64,000 nucleotides of DNA from Setoptus koraiensis. Taxonomy: Eukaryota; Animalia; Arthropoda. The position numbers and the translations under genes are program-made. This document shows, in pieces, positions 47,320-57,814 of this stretch (positions are counted from its first letter, which is position 1; each line of letters begins with the position of its first letter). The notes below the pieces were generated by a model. It saw nothing but the letters and a program-made list of their open reading frames with translations. It searched no databases and was not told where the DNA came from. The stretch spans positions 10,354,001-10,418,000 of the forward strand of contig CM106586.1 in assembly GCA_048013815.1 (NCBI GenBank), written 5' to 3'.

Positions 47320-48145
47320 AAACAACAGCGACAGCAAAAGTCGGCAGCACTTGGTGACTTTTGCGAGTCGTTGCAACGGAATAAAAACGAAGAACGAAAC
47401 GAAAAGATATGTCAAGACTCGTCGGTGTGTGTCGTTGGCGTACAACTCGAGTCTCGGCAGAGGGAATAAACTGGCGAGAGCAACTTGCAAGATGACAGCC
47501 ATATAGGCAAAACAGGCCAGGTATGCTGGTGCTGGCAGTGGTGTAATATGTCATGGATGAAAAAGTAAATGTTAGCTCAAGAGCAACAACAACAACAACT
47601 GCTGTTGCTGCTGCTGCTGTTGCAGCAAATCAACAAGTGTCAGCGAGCCAAAACCAATCAGGTGACATGTCGTCTCGTCTGATTTGTTGCCGCTGCTGTG
47701 GCGGTTGTTGCAGTGGCAGGTCGTTGTCGTTGCTGTTGTGGTTGCTGTTGCTGTTGCTGTTGTTGTTGCTGTTGTTGTTGCTGTTGTTGTTGGTCGACTA
47801 ACAGCGGCTGGATAGGAACAAATTACATTCTTGTTGTTGTTGTCGTGCTCACCTGTGTGTGCGCCACGCAAGAGCAACAGCGACAGCGACAAATGCGAAA
47901 TCGGTTCGAGAGACAACAACAAATGGGCGAGCACTGTTACAACTGTCAGTGGCTGGTGTGAACTAGTATCAATTTGTTGTTGTTTATCATTGTTTGTGTG
48001 AAGTTATCACCAATGGCAACAGGGACAACAATTTAAAATGAGTGTCATATGGGCATGCTATCACTGTTGGGCATGTTGACATTTTTTATCTGTTTTTCCA
48101 TTGACAAAAGTGGCTTCTTTTCAGCTGATCGGCGTCGTCGTCACT

Positions 48146-48247
48146 TTTATCCAGTTGTTTTATCCAGTCGCTTTACCCAGTCGCTTTATCCAGTCGCTTT
48201 AGCCAGTCGCTTTATCCAGTCGCTTTATCCAGTCGCTTTAGCCAGTT
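48146..48247. repeat. 13-nt tandem repeat ccagtcgcttta(t/g/c), ~6-7 copies
   Basis: Direct reading. Confidence 0.9.
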
Positions 48248-50649
48248 GTTGTGCAAATGTGAATACACACAACCACTGCTACTGTCGTGTATAATTTGCA
48301 CAACACACACACACACTATATACACATTAGTTTGTTAGTTGGGCCAGATCGATCCAGATTGAATTGCTCTGCGAGCGCTTGTTGTTTTTTGGTCGCTGGT
48401 GTCGCTAGTTTGCAGCAAGTGACACTGACGAACACAAAAAGAGATCAATTCAATTGCCAGCGAGCGGTTCGAGAGCGATTCAATTCAAGTAAATATTTTG
48501 ATATCAAGGTCTCCTCACTCAATAACGATCTCATTTCATTCGCCAATGGCGACTGGCGAATTGCGACTCTCTCGCTCGCTTGTTACAGCCCAAACTGGCA
48601 GCGCACACACAATATAATCACCACTTGTTGCTGATGTTGTTGTTGCTGTTGTTGTTGTTTTAAAGCTCTGCTCCGCTCTGCAGAGTGTGACACAACAATT
48701 CCATACAAAATGTAACAAATTCTTTGCTGTAAATTATCAATTGTCAAGCAGTCAAGTGAGTCACTGTCGATGGCATCGATCGACTATAATTATCGACACA
48801 CACACACCGCATGATGACAATTGAAACAGGTTCACACAACCACCACAAGTAGCTACCAGCGCAACAGAGATTCCACAGCATGCTCGCCGATTCACGATTC
48901 GCGATTCGCGACTCGCAAATTGAACCGAACCGAACAGAGCCCAACAGAGCCCAACAACAACAGTGAGCCGCCTATTTAACTACCTGTCTATATCACACCA
49001 GCCAGTCACCTGTTGCCTGCAGCGTTGATTGTTTAGGTTAACAATTTGTTTGTCATGTTACCTGTGCTGTTCGTTACGCAAGGTTAATCACACACACACA
49101 CTGTTGCAAATAGCAAGACTCTTGCTGCAAGAGCAGATTTGGCTAGACATACAATTAATTTGTGCCTATTAATGAGCCTATATCGAGCCACTTGTTGTGC
49201 ATTGTTTGCGATTGCCGGCGCTGCAACCGCTGGCGAACCGACTGCGAACCGACTGCGAACCGACTGCCAACCAGCCAGCAGTCGCTCTATATGCTTCCAT
49301 GCTGACCACCAGTCGGCGACCGAGCCGCCGGCAGCCAGACGTAACCGGCTTATGAGAACTTAATTAAGATCCACTCCGTCTAATCAATTAGCGGCCAGTC
49401 GTGTCGCGCTAATGAGCGCTTGATGAGGCTCGCCTAAATATCGCCTCTGCTGTCCGTGGCTCGTCGTGCTCTCTCTCTCTCTCTCGCTCGCTCGCCGCGG
49501 CCACTCGGTGTTGACACATCACCTGAGCGTTGCGTGTCCACTCCGGCCAAGCCGACGATGATCTAATAATAGCCGGCTCAATCAACATGGCCAGCCAGCC
49601 ACCGGCAGCAACACTGTTTAGCCGGTCTGCTGGCCAGCAGTGTCTCAATCGTCGGGCAGTGCGTCGTGAGTAGCGCAGACTAATTTACGGCGACGGATAA
49701 TTCGTAATGAATTCACTTCTTCACACACACTCTTGCGATACGACACACACACACTCTGTCGGAATACGACGCTCGCTGTCGAAATGCGACGCTCGCCGTC
49801 GAAATGCGTCGCTCGCCGTCGGAATGCGACTGCCCGAGTGCAAGCGGCGTCATGTTTCATGAGATTATATTTAGACAATTGCTGTTCGTGCAGTCCAATC
49901 TCGACATGTCGAGAGCTCGGCGCAGCGCCAATTCAATTTGCTGAGAACCCACGAGCCGGCCGAGAAGAAGATGCGAAAAAAGAAGCCAAAACTCAGATAT
50001 CAAAATTAATCGCCTTTTCTATTCTTTTTATCCCCTCGCTGGCTCGGTGTGTGCGAATTCTCTCTATTCATCATTGCGGCCGCTTCTTATCGCTTCGCCG
50101 TGGCTCATTATTGTGTGTGTGCCCGATACTACCGACAGCTACCACTGTATCCTCATGTATGGATACAGTGGTAGCTCTATGCATGGATATAGTGGTAGCT
50201 GGATGGCCGGCTTCCTTAATCATATTTGTGTTGTTGTTGTTGTTGTTGTTGTTGTTGTGTGTATTCATTGTGCTGCCGGCCGGTCGGCTTGTTTGCTGTT
50301 GCGCCATTATGCAGATAGTCGCATGCAAATGAGACGCAATCATGACGATGATTACACAACAAAAGCTGCCAGTATCAAATATCGCACTTGTCGTTGTTAC
50401 ACACACACGCACACACACACACACACGGCCATTGTGATTGTGTCTACTCTTTTGCGGCAACTTGAACGGCACAACAACAACAACAACAACAACAATACAC
50501 CGGCCGGCAAACATGCAAACTACAGGCAACATGAATAGAGGCACGATTTTCATCTACTTTACATATTTGCGTCAAGCAATCCGCTCACTACTAAATATTT
50601 CACTCGCTATCCATCCATACGAAATACATACATGTACATGGAATACACA

Positions 50650-50750
50650 AATATACCAACGAATATACCAACGAATATACCAACGAATATACCAACGAAT
50701 ATACCAACGAATATACCAACGAATATACCGACAAATATACCAACAAATAT
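50650..50750. repeat. 12-nt tandem repeat aatataccaacg, 8 copies
   Basis: Direct reading; the last two copies are diverged. Confidence 0.95.
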
Positions 50751-52957
50751 AGTTTGCGCCGGCCACTCTCGCCTCGTCTATAACAAAGAGTGTTGCAGAC
50801 GACAGCAGCGCCATCTGGCGACCAGGTGCTGGCCGCTTGCAGTACCTGGTGCAGCAGCTTGGTTGCTGCTGCTGCGACCGACAATGAATGAAATCTTCAT
50901 CATCAAGTGTTCATCGTCCACTGTTACTGGTGCCTGTCCGTCATCATCATGTCACATAATCTGTCAAATCAGTATGCCAACAGGTTGCTGTTTTTGCATA
51001 ATCATTAGGCTTGATGTGCCGCTGCCGACGCCGCCGCCACTGCCGCAACTAGCCAATTCAAGCCAATCATACTCCTCTAAACTGTCTTGCTTCCATCTAG
51101 GTATCACTCACTCACAATGCTGCGCTCCGGTCCGCCAAACAGCCAGTTGTCTGACAGTGTCGAAAACAAAACAAAAATAGATAGAGACAGACGGATAAAA
51201 AACGCCGCATCGGCCTTCTTTTGATGACGGCCGGGCAACGGTTGTTGTTGCCGTTGGTGGTTGCTGGCCTTACTGCTGGGCTGCTTATTTAATCGCTTAA
51301 ACGGAGATGCATTCCCATATCATTAAATATGATAATTTTACCACTTTGCCGATACATAGATGGACAGCCAGGCAACCGGGCTGGCTGGCTGGCCAGTCAG
51401 TCAGAGAGAATGCGAAAAATGAGGCTATGCTTCTTTCTAAAAAAACTCCAACACACACACACACACACACATATATTGCAAACAATCTTACATATGTGTG
51501 ATGCTTCTTTATTATTTTGCCTCATCATCATTCTAGACAGATCGCAATCACGACCGCATCATTTGCGGCGTCACTCTGCACAACCACATCGGCAATCATG
51601 AGAACATATCAGCAATGTACAGGGCAAAAGAGAGAGACAGACAGACAGAGAGAAAATAGCGAGCTAGCCAGATATATTTTCTCACCTGAGCAACTGATCG
51701 ATCAATGAGCGATGATCAAATGCAGGCGTCTAATCGATCTTGATGACGTAACTGTTGTGCTCAGTTGTGCCTGTTGTGATTCATCAATTATGAATCAACA
51801 ACAACGGTAACAACAAAACGAGGCAAGAACAACAGGTTGCTAACCTCAAACTATCGATAAAGTGGTATGACTAAGTGAGTGAGACAGAGCAAAGACGAAA
51901 GTTCTGTATGGTGAGGGAGAGAGAGAGCTAATTTCCGTCCACCACCAACACCACCACCACCACCAACAACAACAATAACTCAAAAGTATTTAAAAATTCT
52001 CTTTCTCTCTCTCTCTCTCTCCCCTATTGGAATCGTCGTCCATCATTCTATGGCCTAACAGATAATCAATCGATTATCTAATCGACGATGATTGCGTCAT
52101 TAAGCGGCGTCGACGGACTATCGCTAATCGCATTTAGATTTGTTACACTGACAAACCAGCTAGAATTATTTCTTCTTTTCTTTAACACTTTTGAATAATT
52201 TGCCGGTGGCCTACCATCATTTAGGTCAAACAATTGGGTGCTTGGAGTTTGCTGTTGTTGCTCAGTTGTCGTTCGTGAAGGCTCATCATCAATCAATTTC
52301 AAACCATTCGCTATGACAACAACAGCAACAACACCAATGAACAACAGTATTACGATAACATTGTTTATCTACAAATGTCTTGTCGAGCACTTAATACCAG
52401 CTTATTTAGCAGGTAGCTCATTAACTAAACTAATTTGGTCAAATATGATTTGATAGTTTTCTTTTATGCATCAATCAATCCAGACTCAGGCTACAAAGAA
52501 AGTAGATTCTGTCAACTCTAACCAACTATTCCTACACTCCTTCACAAATGAATGCTTGATTCATGGCTCCAAAATATTCGTATCTAAACTTGAAATACTA
52601 GCTGTTATCATTAGTAGTTGGCTCATTGATAATCTATGTAATGTGAATTTACACAATAGCCTTAAACTAATTACTGTTTGTAGTTCTTTGATCATTCAAT
52701 TTGACATGACTGGAGCGAGAAACTGACTAGTTTTCTTCATTTTCATTCCAGTAAAACCTTATAAGCTTTCGATCTAACCAGCACCAAAGTTGATGAGTAA
52801 ACTTGACAACAGTTTAATCATTTGACAAGGATTGAGATTTGTTGTTGGTTCTCAAATTGAACTTAAAGGGTACCTAGAGCATATGCTATGTATTATTAGT
52901 AACAATGTAAGCTGCCATTCTAGCTGGATATTACAACATGATGCCAAGCTATAGTTA

Positions 52958-54474
52958 TTAAGGGAAATCGGCGAAAAATCTCGCCTTTTCTCTTTCCTGG
53001 TAACTACCGTAACCTAATAGTATTTTCAACCAGTTATTGTGGCGCCAGTCATGGAACTTCTTTTTATCATAACCAACAACCTATGGTTGTGATGAATGAA
53101 TGAGTAGAAAAAATGAATTGTTACCAATTAAAGTTACTTGATCGCTATGACAAAATGATGCAAAGGAGTGATTTATCACCAACTTACATGATTTTCAAGT
53201 ATACTATCTCTCAAGGTGATCTCAGGTACTGTTATTACATCACCCAATCCTGCTATATCGTAATAAGGCTGATAAAGATGATCCATGAGGTGAGATTTAC
53301 CGCTCGACACCGTTAGTCGCATCGTCGTATGCCAGTGAACGTGATCTTCATCGCCATTGTAATTCCAATTATGGAACTTTGTTCCATGTGGATATTTCGT
53401 AAAATCAAGAAGTTCAATATCGTCTATCAAATCTCGTAATTTGCCATCGTTTAATCCATCGGTATTTTCGACTTTCAGCAGATGTCCAAAGTCTTCTGCG
53501 TAAGCGAACACTTCACGTTTATAATAATCATCAATCTCTTCCAAAAACTTTAAGCTCAGAGCATTACTATTGGCTTTCACCGTGTCTTCACTAGATTTAA
53601 TTCTCTTGTGACATTCCTCTGGAGGTACGTCTAGGTATATAGTTAGGTGTGGAGCAGGCAGAGTTCTGCAAAAATTCTTTCGTATATAACTGTATCGATA
53701 ACGCCCTATATAAGAGAAAAAGACGGATATTAATTGATGCCGAGATTGATAATCGTCTATGAATATCGGTTTCTTTAGATATTGTAAACAATGATGTTAC
53801 GTCTACTTACAGTCATAGAATTCACATCCGTCTGGTCTAGTGTAGCCGATTGGTAGCCAACCCATTTTGTGCATAGCCTCTACAAACACCCTCTCTGTGA
53901 AAACAGAGCGCTCCAATATCACTCCCTGGCCTGTATTCAAAAGATGAGCAAGGGCATTGAGGTACTGATAGGCCCTCATCATCTGAAAGTAGTTTTGCAT
54001 GTGAATTACGCTGTGCCTATCAGGTTGTTCGTGAAACATCTGCAAATCGCAAATTCTGAGATGCTCAGGAAGAAACGGATTCAGTGCTCTGTAATCGAAT
54101 CCATAGGAGTTAATGTAGATGTCATCGAACTCAGGCTGGCCCATGAATTTCATGTCTAACTCCTCGGCCAATCTACGACCAAACTCTCCTTTTCCAGAGG
54201 CTACGTTTCCTTCAATAATGATTATCTTGGAGTTTTCGTTCATTTTAGGCCATGTGTATGGATCGTAGAAAAAAGTCAAATAATTATAGGGGATCTTTTC
54301 ATAAGGAAACTTGTAGGGTGGCTTGCGCTTATCACGTTCCATTTGAGCCCATAGTTTGGTTTTGTGGCATATTCCGGCCTTCTGTGTCTTATTGGTCAAC
54401 TGATTTGTTGCGACTGAAAGTATGGACTTGCCAGGCTTCGCAAAAAAGAATAATCTCTGGTTTACAGCCAGCAT
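52958..54474 (-). CDS. NDUFA10: Complex I accessory subunit NDUFA10 (42 kDa, dNK fold), exons 54474-53811, 53705-53188, 53080-52958
   Basis: IIIIEGNVASGKG, NALAHLLNTGQGVILERSVF, PHLTIYLDVPPEEC. Intron 53810-53706 (gtaagt...atatag, 105 nt) restores the frame. Intron 53187-53081 (gtaagt...ccatag, 107 nt) leads to a plausible 40-aa last exon that is less certain. Confidence 0.9.
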
Positions 54475-54919
54475 CTTGGTGATACGGTGAGACAATAGTC
54501 TAGACTGAGAACAAGCTGATATAGTGTGATTAATATAATAATAATACCAGAACCAAGGCTCTAGCCATAAATAATAATAAATAACCACATCAAGTACTTT
54601 CCCTAATTGAATTGAAGTAGTTTGCGGTCTCAATAAACAAACAACAACAAGCAGAAAGACCTGTGAATAATAAAAAATTATATAACAGATGTCCTCTAAA
54701 ACAGACACATTCCTCTTTATAGCTGTACACCTTGCGCATGCGTGCAACAATTCATATTTGGCGCACTTATGAGCAGCACAAAGTCACATGGCCCGTGTCC
54801 AATAATGTGTTTCAGTTGAGGTTTTCGCCAGAATAGGTTTAATTAACAATAGATTAGTGTAGTTTATTGTAGTATAGCAAACAAATTGATTATATGTTGA
54901 AATTGTAAATGAGTGAAAA
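54475..54919. promoter_or_regulatory. Shared divergent promoter region NDUFA10 / DNAJC2 with NRF-1/Ewg-like and E2F-like sites
   Basis: Head-to-head genes. TGCGCATGCG at 54733-54742; TTTGGCGC and TTTTCGCCA nearby. Confidence 0.55.
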
Positions 54920-56452
54920 ATGGCATCCTTAATATCTATTGAACCTCATCAGCTTTGGCTACTAAGAATTTTAAACAAATTAAGCTTGATAACCAAAACT
55001 GACTTTGAAAAACTACTGAGAGAATATTTAGAGAGACTACCCAAGACTGTCACACAATTCTATGAAAACTCAAACGCTTTGCCAATTAATAAGACCATCA
55101 GCCCAGAGGAAGAAAAAGAAAGCGATTGCTATTTAATTACGCTAGACCCCACAAAATGGAAGGATCAAGATCACTATATGGTCCTGGGTTTGCAGCGCTT
55201 GCGTTATTTAGCCGACGACGATGATATTAGGAAAGCTCACAGGCGCAAGGCACTAAAACATCATCCAGACAAGAGAGGGAAATCTGGAGAGGATGATCCA
55301 GACTCTGACTATTATGCTTGTATTACTAGAGCGATGGATATACTATCTGACCCTATAAAGAGACGCAGTTATGACTCTGTCGATCCCACATTTGATGACA
55401 CCATCCCCAATCCACTATCAGCCCAAAAATTAGAGAAAAATCCTAAATTATTTTATAGCCATTTCTTTAAGGCATTCGAGCTCAATTCGCGATGGTCAAT
55501 CAAGAAAAATGTTCCTTTATTGGGAAACGAAAATTCCGATAGAAACCACGTGGAGAGATTCTACCAATTTTGGTACGATTTTGAATCTTGGCGAGAGTAT
55601 AGTTACTTAGATGAAGAAGACAAAGAAAAAGGTGAGAATAGGGAAGAAAGAAGATGGTTGGATAAACAGAATAAATCTGTTCGTCAGCAAAGAAAGAGAG
55701 AGGAGATGCAGCGCATCAAGCAGTTGGTTGATAATGCCTTTAAATGTGATCCTAGAATAACAAAATTCAAAGAAGACGATAAAAATAAAAAATTAGAACA
55801 AAAACGAGCCAAGCAAGAGGCTATCAAGCAGAAGCATGCAAAAGAAGAAGCGGAAAGACTTCGCAAAGAAGAAGAAATCAAGAAGAGAGAGCAAGCACAG
55901 GAGGATGAAGAGAAAGCAAAACGGTTGGTCGAAAAGAAAGCTAAAGAAAGTGCCAAGAAACAATTGAAGAAAGTGGTAAAATCTTTGGAGGATTACTGCA
56001 GAGGATATGAGTATTTTATTCTCGATCTTAATGAAAAAGTTAGACATTTAGAAGAACTGGATAAGTTATGTAAACTTACACCTATCGAAGATCTTATCAA
56101 ATTTAGAGATTGTTTACAGGCATTGCCTACCGACACTGAGAAGCGGGAACTATTCTTAGACTATATTAAGAGAATGAATGACAAAATAGCTGATGAAAAT
56201 AGGCAATCTATTGAAAACAAATGTCTGACCAATGTCAATTCAGGCCAAAAGAAGAACTTGGGCTGGGACAAAGATGAAATTAAGTTACTTATTAAAGCTG
56301 TTAGCTTATTTCCGGCTGGAACCAAAGATCGGTGGGACGTTGTTTCCAAGTACCTTGCTCAACATAACCCCGAACAGCGTGAGAGAGATGCGAAGCAAGT
56401 GCTTACTAAAGTGAAAGAGTTACAACAAACTCTTGTTCGCATGAAACAATGA
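54920..56452 (+). CDS. DNAJC2: Ribosome-associated J-protein DNAJC2/MPP11 (zuotin family), intronless
   Basis: DPTKWKDQDHYMVLGL, HHPDK, FYQFWYDFESWREYSYLDEEDKEKGENREERRW, LVDNAFKCDPRI. One SANT domain (WDKDEIKLLIKAVSLFPAGTKDRW). Confidence 0.94.
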   Translation: MASLISIEPHQLWLLRILNKLSLITKTDFEKLLREYLERLPKTVTQFYENSNALPINKTISPEEEKESDCYLITLDPTKWKDQDHYMVLGLQRLRYLADDDDIRKAHRRKALKHHPDKRGKSGEDDPDSDYYACITRAMDILSDPIKRRSYDSVDPTFDDTIPNPLSAQKLEKNPKLFYSHFFKAFELNSRWSIKKNVPLLGNENSDRNHVERFYQFWYDFESWREYSYLDEEDKEKGENREERRWLDKQNKSVRQQRKREEMQRIKQLVDNAFKCDPRITKFKEDDKNKKLEQKRAKQEAIKQKHAKEEAERLRKEEEIKKREQAQEDEEKAKRLVEKKAKESAKKQLKKVVKSLEDYCRGYEYFILDLNEKVRHLEELDKLCKLTPIEDLIKFRDCLQALPTDTEKRELFLDYIKRMNDKIADENRQSIENKCLTNVNSGQKKNLGWDKDEIKLLIKAVSLFPAGTKDRWDVVSKYLAQHNPEQRERDAKQVLTKVKELQQTLVRMKQ

Positions 56453-56597
56453 TCCTACAAAATGATTGCTTTACTCGGAAAATGTTAATTTCTAGATAAT
56501 GTTGACTGTATATAAACATCCATACCTTAAGGGTTGGAAGCAGATTATCATGTCCCGAGTACTCCAGTTGATAACAACGATCCATTAACTAACCAAT

Positions 56598-57101
56598 TTA
56601 TTGACTTTTCTTTGCTTTAATATAACTATAACTATGCGGTCTTGTACCGTAAGGCAAAAACTCAAAGTCTCTCTCTTCATAAATTTCGTATGGGTCATCT
56701 ACAAAATAGGTTTTCTTTCTGTATTTTTTTTCAAACATTTGCTCTAGAATTTTCGTTTGATATTCGCTACACAAAACGTGTTGTTGAGCCCACCATTTAA
56801 TATGACCCTCCTTCCTCCACTGGCTACGATAGCGGCCTCCTCTAGCTCTGATCCAGCCACCCCAATTTAATCTGTAGAACCTCTCCTGAGCATTGGGATC
56901 ATTGTGCCTCTTGTCATCATAATATCCAACATATACTGTTTGATACTGATCTCCGGGCAGCTTGTCGTATTCTGTAAAATCCGGTTTATGGGTCAACCGA
57001 TGTGAGAGTTTCTTTTTTATGCCTCTTTCTTGTACAAGATTCAGCATGACTTTACTTTCAAACAATCGCCCTATACCGGCTATTCGACATATGCTGTCCA
57101 T
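56598..57101 (-). CDS. MRPL35: Mitochondrial ribosomal protein bL35m
   Basis: ERFYRLNWGGWIRARGGR...QHVLCSEYQTKILEQM...YFVDDPYEIYEER matches metazoan MRPL35 (RFLRL..G.W.R...FCN.TQ.KLLDKM...YVDDPY..YH.R). Confidence 0.85.
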   Translation of the reverse strand: MDSICRIAGIGRLFESKVMLNLVQERGIKKKLSHRLTHKPDFTEYDKLPGDQYQTVYVGYYDDKRHNDPNAQERFYRLNWGGWIRARGGRYRSQWRKEGHIKWWAQQHVLCSEYQTKILEQMFEKKYRKKTYFVDDPYEIYEERDFEFLPYGTRPHSYSYIKAKKSQ

Positions 57102-57814
57102 AGTGATTTCTGCCGGCTATTCAATGTTAAATGTAATAACAGTGTAAAGAAGGTGATATTTAATGTCACAACAGCAACAATGTTGAGAAATACGGGTGCA
57201 AGTGTGTGTCTAGAGCAAACATGGACACATGTGAAAATGGCCCGCTATGCGAAGGATAGAATGTATTTTGCGTGCCTTCCATAGTGCAATTTTCAATGAA
57301 CAGCAGAGATAAAGCAGCGTAGGATATTGGTCACAGGAATTGCTTTGTTTGAGGCATCTCTCAGAACAAAACAGTACTGTGTGCACCTTTTCCAATGAAC
57401 TCCAGTTGGGTTATAAAAAATTCCGACAGGGCGGCGCCATTCAGCTCTCTAGAGGCAGCGTGAGCGAGCAGCCTTCGAATATGGGGAGCAGTTATCTGCA
57501 GGACTCTGAACAAACAAGCAGTGTGCTGCTTTGCGACTGAACGCGTTCACTCGCGTCTACATTAGTGCACTCTAGAGCAAGCAATCAAAAAAAGTAAATA
57601 TTTGATGAAATAATCTGCGATCGACTGCACATTTTTTGGGCGATGACAGCGCCTCTGGCGGATAATTTTCGAAACTGGTGTAAGTTCATCGGATAAAGTG
57701 CACACAGTGCATTATACGTACACTGGGTTTAATGAATATCTTATCATTAGACTCAGTTCTAATTACTACCTTACCGTCTACCTTATCTCCATTGCAGTTG
57801 TGCTACTATTGAAA

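Noticed and set aside
242-57101. Apparent clustering of mitochondrial genes (GTPBP10, MRPL17, NDUFA10, MRPL35)
   Set aside because: Split across two blocks ~45 kb apart and interspersed with unrelated genes; expected in housekeeping-rich regions.
57120-57540. Short frames between MRPL35 and the orphan gene with vague transposase/RT-like wording
   Set aside because: Fragments under 70 aa, interrupted by stops, with no catalytic motif or terminal repeats.
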